NCBI GenBank assembly: GCA_965285935.1
Contig: OZ260667.1
Span: 10,416,001-10,480,000, forward strand
Source of the DNA: Ophelia neglecta
Lineage: Eukaryota
DNA: 64,000 nt
Direction of reading: 5' to 3'
The notes under the pieces: generated by a model
What the model saw: the letters and a program-made list of their open reading frames with translations, nothing else
Told to the model about the DNA's origin: nothing
Database searches by the model: none
Made by a program: the position numbers and the translations under genes
Shown: in pieces, positions 50,176 to 63,609 of the stretch
How positions within the stretch are numbered: position 1 is the first letter of the stretch
How the letters are laid out: each line of letters starts with the position of its first letter

Positions 50176-51688
50176 TGGTTCTATCGATTGCCACACAAAT
50201 AACATTAAACATGGTTTGTCATAGACTGGTCGACTAGACTGTATTACACGCGATGGAAGCTATCGTGTAAATATACTGACTGCAAACAGGTTAGGATTTC
50301 ATATGGTTGACTGACCCTTTATTCGACACGAATGCCATCAAACATATACATGTGTAATGAGTTTCCCTGTTATGGATGTAAAACCCGTCATTTTCTCGGC
50401 CCTTAGGCTAACATTCGAGGTTTAAACGCACAACTTTTCTGCTGTCATATAATTTTGCGTTTTGAAGCGTCCTACAATAGTTTCTATCACGCCCTTTACC
50501 TTCGCGAGCTCTTTGACACTGTTCGCAAAATTGACAAGATAGTGCTTATTTTTTTATAGTGCTCGCAAAAATGATGGGGTTTTACAATAGGCCTTTTCAG
50601 CTAACCCCATTCCGCACTCATTGTGTTCGGTTTTCCCCTTCATAGAACACAGCCGGGCACTCTCCGTTTGTGTAAGGTAATGTGCGAACAGCATATCCAC
50701 CATAGAGTCTGTCCACAGCAGGTCCTTCAGTACTTATGAGCAATAGATCTCTACTTCAAGATGTAGTAGATCTCAAATATAGAAGCGATTTTTAAAATTT
50801 GAGGGTTTAGAAAACCATCTTTATCTATTTATTGACTCACTAACTTTTATGAACCTTTACTAATGCTTTTTAATCGGAGTAATAATCTCTGATTAATACA
50901 CCCTGAAAGTTTTTACACAATAAAGCTCAGTAACATATTACTGACACCATTACTACATGTTAATATATAATTAAAAATTCTAATACTAAGATGAAATTTA
51001 TTCAACTTAAAGACAGTAAATACCCCGTATAATGCTTGTTTCGTTAACCCCCCAAATCCAAATCCTTATTATTTCGATCTTATGTTATCGCGAGTAGATC
51101 CAGAGTGTTTTCCTCAGTAGAGTAAGGCTGTGTGGGGAAATCGTATAGGGCACCTTAATAAAAAGTATCATAGCGGCGAGCTGGAAAGTGTTCGTAAAAT
51201 ATCCCAGCTCCACAATGTTGTCTGGCTTACACTTCATAGCTACGTACTGAGATAAAATTTATGACATCTGAACGAAAAATTAGAGCTGTTTTGTTGTTAC
51301 AAAAAAACAGTTATTTGAATTTAGTTTTCTCATATGTCCTTTTCTGTCTCAATTAGGCCCTGTATATTTATATTTATGTCCAATTTGTTGATATTTGTTG
51401 GTGTCTAGACTGTCATGATAATATTTCCAGTTTGTTTTATGCTTATATTTAAGATGGTTTTCGTCTCCCGTTAAATATTTGATATATAGTTTGGGGACAG
51501 AGGATATTGTGAACATTTGCTGGCTACAATGATTATCATGCTTTTTGTGTATTATTTCCACTATTCAATTCCGTTCCTGATGAAAAACAGACGGCAAAAA
51601 CTTAAAAAATAATAGCAGCTCGGCTAATAGGCCTATTAGGTCAGTGTTGTTGTTGCCCGAGCTATTGCCACAGACGGAGAAAGCACCA

Positions 51689-51932
51689 GGGCCCGGTTCT
51701 AGAAGCGGTCCTCAATTTTAGATTTAGATTTTCCTATCACGGATTAGCCTGGGCACGTTAATCGTTGTTTTCAATGACCATGCAGGCGTAAGTTTAAGAC
51801 CGAAAACAGCTAGGTTTAATATCAAATCCAGCTTCCAAAACCCCGATAAGCAAGTTAAGACTCAGGAATCACTTTTATAACTCCTGATTTTAGTCCGAGT
51901 TAATGTTTAGACTGCTTCTAGAAACCGGGCCT
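51689..51932 (+). mobile_element. MITE family D, copy 2
   Basis: TIRs gggcccggttctagaagcggtc / gactgcttctagaaaccgggcc. Confidence 0.85.
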
Positions 51933-54900
51933 AAAACAGACGGCAAATATCTCGAAAATAATAGCGACTCTGCCTAATAAGTCTATACGCTGTGTATTTG
52001 TAGCCCTGTCCCAGACTACTAAAAACATCATTGAATATGTCATCCTCTCGTGTGCAATGTGGACCTAGTATTGACATATTATCTCCATATACCACTTTAT
52101 ACTAGGTCTATAATTGGTCAGTCAGCTGCCGCATATTTGACATATTTATAATATATATTAGATAGGGCTTAGTTATTAAATCTGCGTCAATATTGATAAA
52201 CCACTGGTGGAAAAAGATATAAAAGTACAAAATATCGAAAATACCTGGCCCTGTACCATTGCAGTGAACACCACGTGTATTATAATGATAACACGACTGT
52301 AGGCCTATTAAGCCTAATTCCGCGCACACTGGTGTGTGGAATAAGGCTTCTTACTGCGCGGAATAAGACGATTCAGGGTACTGCTAGCTTCTACACTGTA
52401 AAAGCCGATTTATGCGAAGAATTAGCCGACTTTCTGCGGGGAATCAAAATATGCGCGAAATTAGTCGACATGACCTTAGTCGTATCTGAAACACGGCGTT
52501 CCTACGTCACTGGGTGTTGACCCGGATGTCAAGCAGTATTTGTAAAACAGCGATGTACCAGATGTTTAATGAAAACTGATACCGACTGGCAATGAAATAA
52601 CAACGAAACTCCATCTATATGATTTGTATCTTCGGGTTTGCTGTGTAGCATAAATATTATTTTTACCCTCAGACTGGCGATGTTGACTTAGTCTTGGTAA
52701 CCGAACCCTCTGTGACTATTGTGGGACTAAACTGGATTCGAAAAAGAGCTGATTAAGCAGAATTCTCTATCCAGTCTGCAAATTTACATGACAAATCATG
52801 TCTCTTTTCATTTGTATTTGCCAATTTACTGATTTTCCGGTGATTTTCACAATGGAGACGGGCGTTCCGGGAAACATGGCTGGAGCGAGCTCTAACTGGA
52901 AGTGACGTCTGACTGCAAACATCATCGATTTACGGCTATCTCCGGGAGGACGCTGATAGAACGACAAATTCAATCGACCCACGTGGAACTATACCATGGC
53001 TGATTGGCTGTCGGGGTCTATGTCGGATCCAGAAGGCGGGCCGGGGAGGGAATGGGGTGGAGAGGGTGTAGGATGGGCAGGAACACCCCCTCCGGACCCA
53101 GAGGGGTGTTTGGGAGCCACCTTCCCACAGTACAGATGTTCTCTGAGGAATGCTTTATAAATGAAATGGGAGGGCCCGACCCAGGGGTTCCTTTTTAAAA
53201 TCCACCAGTGGCGGTTGTGTTTCTTATATCAAAAAAACCTGTGAAATCTGAGGAAGTTGTACCAGAAACATCTGTGTTTGCTCCTGGGATAGGCCTGTAG
53301 CATGTCATGACATACATGTAGCATGTCATGGCATGTGCCTATTGGAGTATGCGCATTGAGGTTCTATTTACACGGGGGTCACTGAATTTAAGAATCCTTT
53401 ACAAACACACCCCGCCCCCCCCCCCGCCCCCCGTATAGGGTATTACCCTTCGAGGTTGTTGTGCATGCGTCACTCAAAGGGCAGATATGGGACTCGAAAT
53501 GAGCTGAACGTCTAGACAAAAACCGACCCAGATACAGGTGCAAATACGATTAAAAAGTGGCTGTCTGTGAAACAAGGGCCTAAAGAGGGGTTTACTTAAA
53601 AACACGGGTCTGAAGGAGCTGTTAATTCGAAAAACAAGGGTTTAAAAGAGGATTATCTTCAAACACACACACATATACTCCCATCCATCCGGGCTTTAGA
53701 ATAGTTTTAGTGATTTGATTTATTTTGTAAGGACTTTAAACGTTGTGTTCCGCGGTGCTATTTGGCTGGGACAGTTGGTTGTATTCAGATCTATTTGTTT
53801 TGTTCCACAGTTGTCACTTGGTTATGGTCAGCGCCTCCTTTCAGTGAGCAGTGAGCATTCCTCCGCGTCCTGCACGCGCCCGGAGTTTGACTATTGGCAC
53901 CCGCCTTCTCTCGCTGGGAGGTACTCCTGTCTCGTCTGCCCGCTCACAGCGCGCAAGGTGCTAACATCGTGAGACCTCACGAGAACAGTCAGTTACTCCC
54001 TGACAGACAAAGCGACACGGGAAATAATCTCGCAGGAGTGTTTTCCTCAATTACTCAAATCATTTACAGGAATACAGCGGAGTGTACTTCAGGACAGATC
54101 TTTCCGAGTAGGAAATTGTAATCTTTACTCAAATAACTCAATATAGGCCTATTGGACATTGTTCTTGACTATCACTCATTCAAACACGGACACGATATTC
54201 CAGTTGTACATATTTGGATAGCAGGAGTGTTTTCTTGTCACAGAAGACACGATTTTCTGACAAAAACGGAAAAATGGGTTAAACTGTGAGGAATTCCGGT
54301 CTACATATAAGTTGAGTTTCTTATTATCTTTCCATTCTGATAATCTGGGCGAATCAGTGTGTTCCTCTTAAATGAGACTGTGATTGACTTGTTCTTGAGG
54401 TGAATCTTTCAATTTCGCAGGTAGGAGCCAGCATTGAGCCAAGCAGGATTTCAGAATTGGACATCCTGGGGCGGATTGCTGGTGTCGGAGGCTATCGGCC
54501 GCATAGCTCGACTAAAAACTAGCCATAACAGCCAAATCCTTACCCTCTCCGAGGTCGGATATTTATCGCCCTGAATTTCTCCCCCTGCACGTGTGACAGG
54601 TCGCTCTCCCTAACAGAGCAAACGACCTTGACTACACCTCTGGCGCCAGATCGGCGTCCTGGAAAATTGAGGCGTTCTCTGGATAGCAATACAACTTTGC
54701 AGAGACCATTATATTAGTCCAGCACCTCGTTAGTCCGCGCAACCGCAATAAAACTAATAGGACTGGTGGTATATAATGGACCCAGAAGCCATTTCTACTT
54801 CCGGTACGCTCATTTCGCAACAAGTATGTGTATAGATGACAAATCAACTGGGAAATATGGCAACATGTATATTATGTACTTCAACATGGAAAGTGCAATG

Positions 54901-55013
54901 CTTATGCTACCCTTAGGTCAACAGAGGTCAATGCTTTATAATAAACTGGTACAGTCACGCAAACAACTGATATAGTAACAGGAAAACATCAAACCCAACT
55001 AAATAACAGAGAA

Positions 55014-55144
55014 TAACACCATAGTACGGTGGTAACACCATAGTATGGTGGTAACACCATAGCACAGTGGTAACACCATAGTACGTTGGTAACACCATAG
55101 TACGGTGGTAACACCATAGCACAGTGGTAACACCATAGCACGGT
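55014..55144 (+). repeat. 19-bp tandem repeat (ggtaacaccatagtacggt), about 7 copies
   Basis: Read directly. Confidence 0.9.
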
Positions 55145-55210
55145 GCTTCTGGTGTTCATAACGGCTGATACTGACCAGCGATCTACCCGGCAATTATTTG
55201 TCACTTTATC

Positions 55211-55385
55211 AGGGAGATAGTGGACCAGGGAGATACTGTCCAGGGCGATACTGGACCAGGGCCATACTGAAATGGGGCGATACTGGACCAGGGCCATACG
55301 GGAATAGGGCGATACTGGACCAGGGCGATACTTCACTAGGTCGATACTGCCGACGCCAGGGCGATACTGGAGCGGTGCGATATTG
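55211..55385 (+). repeat. About 16-bp tandem repeat (gggcgatactggacca), about 10 degenerate copies
   Basis: Read directly. Confidence 0.85.
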
Positions 55386-56063
55386 AAACAAGGCGTTTCT
55401 ACAAAGAACTGGTCATTTCATTAACTAATATATTGAACAAACTGACTTTAAAACTGGTCAAGATTACAAGTATTTGTAGCCCGAAAAGGCAACTATATCA
55501 ACGTATTGGTATCATATCAATACACCAAAAAATGATTTGAAATCTTCATGGTAAATGAGCTACAGCGACCTGACAGCATCAGAGAGCAAAACTACAAGAA
55601 ACTGAAATTGGCAAGGAGCAAATTCCAACTTAAAGCCAGCAGCGCCGGAAGAAATTGATTTTGACAATTGCCGTTTTTAATGCGACTTCTGTATAGCGCC
55701 TCCAGCCAATAATCCACTGCAACAATAAGAATTCCTAGGCTTAAACTGAGCTTCAACCGAGCACTGGGTTTGATGTGCATTGGCGTCTCTCTCGTCGATA
55801 CAGCCAGCCATCGACAGCCAGTTTTCTAAAGGAAGACTGGTCCTATACATATTAAGTGCTAAGGTCATATTGGTGACTTTCCCCTGGGAAGTCTCCTTGT
55901 CAAACGTCTGCTCCTACGACATAGCGTATGTAGGGTGGGAGTGCTGGAAGTGTTCAGGCCAGTTTTAGGGATGTGCGGATGATTTGTTTTAACCTATTTT
56001 GGTGTGTGCTGACAATTTGGCTGTGAGCTGTTTTAGGGGTGTTCGGGCAATGTGTCCGGGAGG

Positions 56064-56243
56064 ATGTGGACCCCTATAGCCGTGTTGTGGTCGTTCCTCT
56101 CCATCATAGTTGCTGGCCTGTGTGGTTTCGCCTTCCTACAGCCTTTCTGGTTCATACACCGGGACACCCGGAACGCCCTGGGCATGTTTAACTACTGTAT
56201 ACAGGACAATCGGGCCTACCACGGACCCCTCAGACTACCTCAG
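56064..56243 (+). CDS. LHFPL-family tetraspan protein, paralog 2, coding exon 1
   Basis: ATG at 56064: MWTPIAVLWSFLSIIVAGLCGFAFLQPFW...LGMFNYC...LPQ; phase-0 donor CAG|gtaaat. Confidence 0.9.
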
Positions 56244-57004
56244 GTAAATACTCTTAAATCACAGTTAATATAATTCAGGATAATAAAAAGGTTGGGCAGC
56301 TCTATGCCTAGGGGTGTGGGGCAGGACTGGCCAGTCCTATCCCGGCTGGTCCAGAGCCTACTTCCGTCAAGGGCATCACACCTCTTCTTCATTGATGAAC
56401 AAAGCAGCCAGCTCCCGTCAAGAGATCACAAGTCCTCTGCTCTTACCGGCCCCTATTCTTGAATTATTGCCTAATTAAATACGCCTTCCGAAGACATGAT
56501 GGAATGCCCTAATCTAGCTGCCGTGTAAAGCCAATATAGCTTTCACTACTGGGCCCAACTATATCAACTTCTTATTTGTTGGAAAGAGGGGGGGGGGGGG
56601 ATCGGGGGGGGGGGGATCGGATCACTGCTAGATAGATCTATGGGGCAGAGCCATATATATGTAGTGAAAATCGACCCTACTTTCTAGCTAAGTATTAAAA
56701 AAGGGTCTTTATTCTAGCATTTTAAATGGAAAAATGGCCTATGCTTGTGGGGCGGAAATTGAATCATTTTAGCCGAAATTATACTCCCAAGGGAACGCCA
56801 GAGGAAGTGCTCGTGAAAAGGCAATATATTAGGGTTATCTTTTAAGTATGCCATCGAATAAAGGGCGGCTATCTTCTAGATTAAACATACCCTTTCCAGC
56901 GGAGCCTACAAGCTGGTTACAGATGGCTCTGCCCTTACATCCTACACCTGGGTATCAATCTCCCCAGGAGCAATGGTAATGATTAAATGTCGTCTGCTTT
57001 CCAG

Positions 57005-57200
57005 GTCTGCGGTATATACGGAGGGTATTTCCACTTTTCAAACCTACCTAGCAACGCTTGGCAGGTCTCTGTCATTCTTTACGGCGGCGGAAGTAGCTTG
57101 CTCACTCTGGCGGCGGTCATGGCGTTACTCGCCCTCTGTCTCCCTGGAGCTTACGACAGACGCGTTGCCAAGGTAACCGGACGCATACAGACCACTGCAG
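57005..57200 (+). CDS. LHFPL-family tetraspan protein, paralog 2, coding exon 2
   Basis: Acceptor gctttccag|; encodes VCGIYGGYFHFSNLPSNAWQ...IQTTA; phase-1 donor GCAG|gtacgc at the same position as the paralog 1 intron. Confidence 0.9.
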
Positions 57201-58055
57201 GTACGCTTACCACAATTATAAGTGTTTGTAATCACATTCTTTCTTTGGCTCTAAACGCATACAAACAGGTAACCACGCTAATACAGTGGTTACCATGCTG
57301 ATAGTTGTTACCATGCATGTTCACAACGGTTACCATGCTTATGACCATCAATGTCAGTTCGAAAAAAGAGAATTGTGTGTTTTTATAACAAGCGAGTTCG
57401 AGAGTTAAATTCATATAGCATTACTGGAGTTTTTGTATATGGCGAAGGGTTACATGTTAGTTTTGCGAGTGTTGAGTATCAGATTTAAATACCAGCATTA
57501 CATAAAGGTCTTTAGACTGGAATGGCCTCGGAGATAAGCATAGAGGGAAATTAGGGGGACCCAGAGTACGAATAGAAGGCGCTCACAGGGTCAACTTTGA
57601 GGAGAATTGCGAAGATTCTGGACGTCTGGATCCGACAGCTCTATGTCACTGCTGGAAATGTAGTTCAGATACAATTTCCTAATGGCTGAACCATGTATAT
57701 TCTCATTTGTGGATTTTTGTCAGGATTAATCGATATATTATGTAGTTTTCTATATATATGCATTATAAGCATTTTCCGCAACACTGTCTGCCGTTCGCGA
57801 TCTCCCAATCAAATCCCTGGCCGGCGTTCTGCGAGAGATACAAAGCCCCATATAAACTGCGGTGCATCTTACATTTTATTTATACATGCAGGCTGTATCA
57901 GGTGGCATTTACCGGACTTATACTGGGAAAGATTTACCAGCACGGGATTAGGGTCCGGGAGTGATCATCGAGGCTGAAAATGTAGACGACCATGTATTGG
58001 GGTGCGGTTTGATGGGGGAGGGAGGAGGTCACCTTCAACATATATATTTATATAT

Positions 58056-58155
58056 NNNNNNNNNNNNNNNNNNNNNNNNNNNNNNNNNNNNNNNNNNNNN
58101 NNNNNNNNNNNNNNNNNNNNNNNNNNNNNNNNNNNNNNNNNNNNNNNNNNNNNNN
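58056..58155. other. Assembly gap (100 N)
   Basis: Run of n characters. Confidence 1.
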
Positions 58156-58158
58156 ATA

Positions 58159-58336
58159 CATTGAAACCTGTGAATAACGACCACCAAAGGGACTAGAAAA
58201 TACTGGTCTGATTATAAAGGTGGTCTGTTTAGAAAGGTTATTCTACATTGAATGTAAGCAGTAAGGTCTTTTAATAAATGGTCGTAATTTCCAGGTGGTC
58301 TGAATATAGAGGTGGTCTTTAAGACAGGTTTCACTG
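58159..58336 (-). mobile_element. MITE family A, full length
   Basis: TA-cattgaaacctg ... caggtttcactg-TA. Confidence 0.9.
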
Positions 58337-61300
58337 TATATAGATAAAGAGACAGAGACAGAGACAGAGTGCCACGTCTCGAGGAGGATTATTATCATCA
58401 TCATATTTTATAGTCCTTTCAATATATGTCATTTTAATTTGGCAGGACACTCTTAAATTGTAAGGTTCTAGTTGTCTAAGTTCAGTTTACTTCATGCACT
58501 GGGAGGGGACACCCGTACCACATCCTGTCCCCCATTTCAGATATTGGAACCGCCGTTGCGACACTGCTGTTAAACTTGAGTTTTGCCGCAGACAGACAGA
58601 TATTGTCGAGAAAATGCTGAAATAATAATAATGAATTAATAATAAAGCCACATTTCGCAGGAGGACATTCTATCATAATTGTACACTTAGACAAATGACA
58701 AGCATCTCTCCACGGCACTTATTGGGCCTTCTCTCACATTGTGAAGAACCCTTACAGTCTAAAAACACACACCAAGCCACCAACCAAGTCGGAGTAATTG
58801 CTGTGATTTGTCGCCACGAGAGGCCGTCTGACGGAGATATTTATAGCTGCTAGAATTGTAGACAGCAACTTCCTATTTTATTCTTGCAATAAACGGAAAC
58901 TGGCTTAGAATTGCAGTTCTGTCAAGAGGCGGAGTTAGGATGTATTATAAATGGGGGTGGGATCATACCAACTTATAATGACTGCTATCCATCGAAAGTG
59001 GCATGTCATGATTTGGGTTGGGCGACCTCTTTTTCAGGGGGCTCCAGATCCCTCATTAGGAAAGACCACCTATTAAACACCTACCTGGACTTTCTTGTTC
59101 CGCCCTTGGAGCTCCTCTGGGGGGGGGGCTGTTGGGTCTGGTTCAGTCCCGACGTGTGTGTTATTGACCGTAACCCCTATCATGTGAGAAGCAGGCACCC
59201 CCTCCACCACCCAACGCCTCGCCGAGCCATGCATCACCGACCATCACATCCCAAGAGGCGTTTTAGCCAATGTCGGGGTGGGGGTCGTGGGGTGTGGGGA
59301 GATTTCCACGACCCTTGCAAAGAATCATACAAACCAGTGCTCGTTATATAATAACTGTCATTGGAATCATGTATATATAAACATATATAGGGGAGGGGGT
59401 GGGGGTGGGGGTGGGGGTGGCGAGAGAGAAAAGGGGACGGTGGGAGAAAGTAACCCCCCCCCTCCTGTCCGTGGGCAGTACTCGCCATTCATGATTTCGA
59501 AGCCGTTGTAGCCCAAGCCTTGGCGACCATCAATTCCCCGATGACAATCGTTTTAACTTTCACGATCTGTTGGTTTAGCATTGATCGGCCGTGACGAGAA
59601 CCCTTGTCTCCTTACTAGGATGTCTATCTGGACATGTTACCAGCATACTAGGTAATTAACGCCGAGAGTTCCGTCACCAATCACGGCTCCTCTATGACTG
59701 GGTGGCTGACTCCACGACCAATAAAATTATCACCCCGCTATAACGACAAACTAACTCTAGCGGGTGATATGTCGTCGGCGGATTGAGGCGGTGTCCGAGA
59801 TGGTTAGAGGAGGGATGTGTAATCCTCCCGAGAGCGAGCCCAGGACCCGCTCTCGGGAGGGTGGGAGGGACCAGACACCCTCACCTAGACGCTCTCTGCT
59901 CCATCTCCTCATTGAGTAGAACCATTCTCAGTGGCATGGCTCACTGTCACTGGTGTGGGCTTTAAGTTACATGCATTATAATCAGACTCACCAAGAGCCC
60001 CACCAAGTCGACTCCTCTCTACGGACACTGGCCAAAGGGGGGCAGCTCGTGAAGAGGGGCGGACTTCAAGGCTCTCAGAGTCAAATAACAATCTGCGACC
60101 TCCTCTTTGGAGGCAGAGTGGAGGCGATAACTGAAGTGGACAGCACCTCCGGCAGTGCTTCTGATTTGAGATCAGACGTCCTCGGTCCTGGGCGCTCTGT
60201 ACTTCTATAGATCCGCTGGTCTCTAGAACCCACGTCTCATTTCTGACACCTTCATCCGCGGCCTATGCTGTTTGTAATCTCATGTCTACTATGCTAGAAA
60301 CAGCTTTTACTGTGACTATTATTTTTAAAATGGGAGCTTTTTCATAAAATACAGTTTCAATGAAGTGCGAGATTTAAGTTGTGGGACTATATTGCCAATG
60401 TGCTCCCCTGGACTCCTCGCAGTCGGCAACACACACGAATTAATTCTCTATAAATCACTCGCTCTGGTGATCTTGAACATTGTGCTAAGACCATCGCATC
60501 TTGTCATACAGGCCTACGGAGGGTAGTAAACAGGAACTTAACTGCCATTAGTTTTTTAACACTTTTTATTATACATACCATTCTCCTTCCGGAACGTGTG
60601 GCGGAACGATGCTCTCTTAAGAATAGGCCCTAATACGGTTAAGTCAGGTAACTTTGCGCATCGATTGATTCCCGACAGAAAAGCGGCTAATTAAATTGCA
60701 CGTAAAAGTGGGCATATTCCGCGCACTGTTTAAAGGCAATCGTTTTTCTCGTCGTTTAAAACATGGTATTATGCCAGCAACATAAAGTCTGGAGACTAGT
60801 GGTGCTTAAAAAACTTTAAATCTGTAATCAATGCATGTCCGACATGCTCACATGGTGAACGCTATTTGGCCCAGAAAGCAAATAACGCTTGGCCTGCTTT
60901 CGGCGATGACGTTTCCACCAGAAGGCAGCGGCACCCAGGAACACAGTGCTCTGGCAAAACGCGGCACTTGCCTTCGGGTTTAAAAAGGTCAAACGTCAGA
61001 CATAGCAAACCAATTAGAGGCAGCCTTTTTTTAAACACACCAATTACACATGGACAATATGTGCGTCAGCAGTAGCTTGTGCACACTGTTTTCTAGCATC
61101 ATATGATTTTAAACCTTTTTTCTGAAATTTTCCAGACTTTATGTGGCTAGTATAATATGCCATATTCCAAGCGCGACTTACGCGTAATCAGGCTTCTTAC
61201 TGCGCGGAGTAAGACGATGCGCAACATTTTTAATCAGAATTGAAATGTTATTTTATGTTTTTACACCATATTGATTGTAAAGGGAAAGCAGCTTTAGAAA

Positions 61301-63432
61301 GAGGACATTGACAAGTATATATTGTTTAAGATGCGGCGAGAAGCAGGATATCTTTCATGTTTATTTTGGATGTAAGTTGATCAAACCTAATGGCCGTTTT
61401 ACATTTATTGAAACAAACTGTTACAGATTTCAAGGCTAACATCGTCCCACAGTCTTTTAAAGGTTTTCTCAATTGTCAAATATGAAATAGGGCCTATACT
61501 TATTTTGGATTAAAATATCTAGTGAAATAGATACTACATCAACAATATATATTAGCAAATCAAATAAAAAACAAATAGCCTTATACCAACTAACATTGGA
61601 TATCCTTTGGGAATATTTCGGTTAAAAGTTTAATATTTAAAAATGATAGACTTAAAAGTGCATTTCTCCTAATATACCATGCATGTTTGAGATATGTACT
61701 TCTAGTATCAGTAGGTATATTAAAAAAATCAACGGTCTCGGTGTTATTACATCATTTCCGGTTATGGTGGCAAGTATAATCTTAAACATCCGATGTTCGG
61801 AAGCATTGACACCATATCAAAAATTAGAGAAACAACTTAAATGGCCTTCATGGTGTAATGACTGCTCTGTTGGCCCCCCTCGGCCCGGAGGAGGTGGGGG
61901 TGGGCGAGGTTTAACATCTTTTGTTCGAAAACATTAATAAAAAACTACAAGATTCATGTGTCCGTACTTCTAATCATGTACTCGGCCAGTGCTCCAAGAC
62001 TGTTATTTGTTCTCAGTAATTCCCTACTCAAAGTCTCCCCGGGGCCCATTTGGTGGCCAGTTCAGGGCAAAATATGGATATGACCAATCCATTTCCCCAG
62101 CTCTGCTGATGTCCCGCGGATGCTAATGAAGTCGTCCACAATATGGCTTTCACCTCCTCTGGGGATGCCTCGTCTAGGGGAGATAAAGTGGGTGTTGGTG
62201 GTGTTTGGGGGGGGGGGGCATGAAAAGGAACAAGAGGCTGGGGCAGAGGCCCCAGTAAGAGGGAGGGGGGGGGGGGCAAATCTCCTTTTGGGTAATAAAA
62301 TCAGCTACACATTGAACATCTATACTTCCGTTTTGTCGTTTAAGACAGTCGTTGTCTAGTTATACAAGTCTCGGTTCACAAAACCGAACCCCCTCCCCGA
62401 TCCTTTCCTTTTCTAAGTACATGAAGCCATCCCAGGCGTTCCACCCCCGGGCTGCTTGTGAGTCTCGAAATCAAGAAGACTCCCTAGGGGGATGACGATC
62501 ATTCATTTACATGACATTATGCAACCCAAACTAGACATTAATGGACTTTTATTTAATTTAACGCCATAATCTTTCTTCTCAATGCGGCCCTGGCCGCGGG
62601 ACGGGACCCTCGAGCTCCTTGACTGTAAGGATCCTATGATGATGGCTACTCCGCACAATGAGACACATAATAGCCTTGAATTAAACGCTGGTTTCATCAG
62701 AGATCATGAACATTGATAATATGTAGAAGAATAATATGATAAGATAATATGTAAAAGGAAGGGAAGTCTTATAGATATTAGGTCTAAATGAAATGGTCGT
62801 TTACAATAGGACAATATATAAGTTTATATATAAGCACCTGAATATTATATGTGACTTAGTATTGTATGCATGACCATTCCGCAGCCATTTAGCAAAAAAA
62901 AAAAAAAAAAATCCGTGTCGTCTGCCACGACAATTATTAAGAAGGGAGTTCGGCTGCCCTTATTTTTTCACATTACTTTCGTGCTTTCAGTTTATACTAG
63001 CAAGTTTCGGGATGCGTTCCTATTAATTCACATCCTCCTCGTGATACAGCCGACTTCTCTCCCACTCGGTAGCCCCGCCCGAGTCTAGCCCAGTCTTCTC
63101 CCGAGCACGGGAGAGTTCCCTCCCGTGAGTTACATCCCCCAGCCTTCATCAGTCTGATCACTACAGATTCTCTAGCGGTGTCACAAGACAATCGTCTGTC
63201 TTTTGTTTAGAGGCCTGTGTGCGGAGTGAGTCACGGGACCAGGGTCTTTCATCTCGAGCCGTCTCCAGTAAAGCGAGCCTGGTGGTATTTAAGGAGATTG
63301 ACAGTGTCGTAAACCGTCAAGAGCCGGGCAGGTAGAAGCCGGGTATGGCTGACAGAGTGTGGGCTGTAAAGTTCTCCTGTCGGGGGTAGAGTGGGGGACA
63401 TAACGCCTACCCCGCTACATTGCTTATTAGTA

Positions 63433-63609
63433 CAGTGAAACCTGCCTTAAAGACCACCTCTATAATGAGACCACCTGCCAATTCACACCACTTATAGCAG
63501 GACCATGCTGTATGCCTCTATGTTAAATAACCTGTCTAAAGAGACCACCTCCGAAATCAGACCGGTATTTTCCAGTCCCTTTGGTCGTCTTAATTCACAG
63601 GTTTCACTG
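63433..63609 (+). mobile_element. MITE family A, full length
   Basis: TA-cagtgaaacctg ... caggtttcactg-TA. Confidence 0.92.

Noticed and set aside
56052-56063. ORF-track start at 56052 for LHFPL paralog 2
   Set aside because: It is a GTG; the first in-frame ATG is at 56064.
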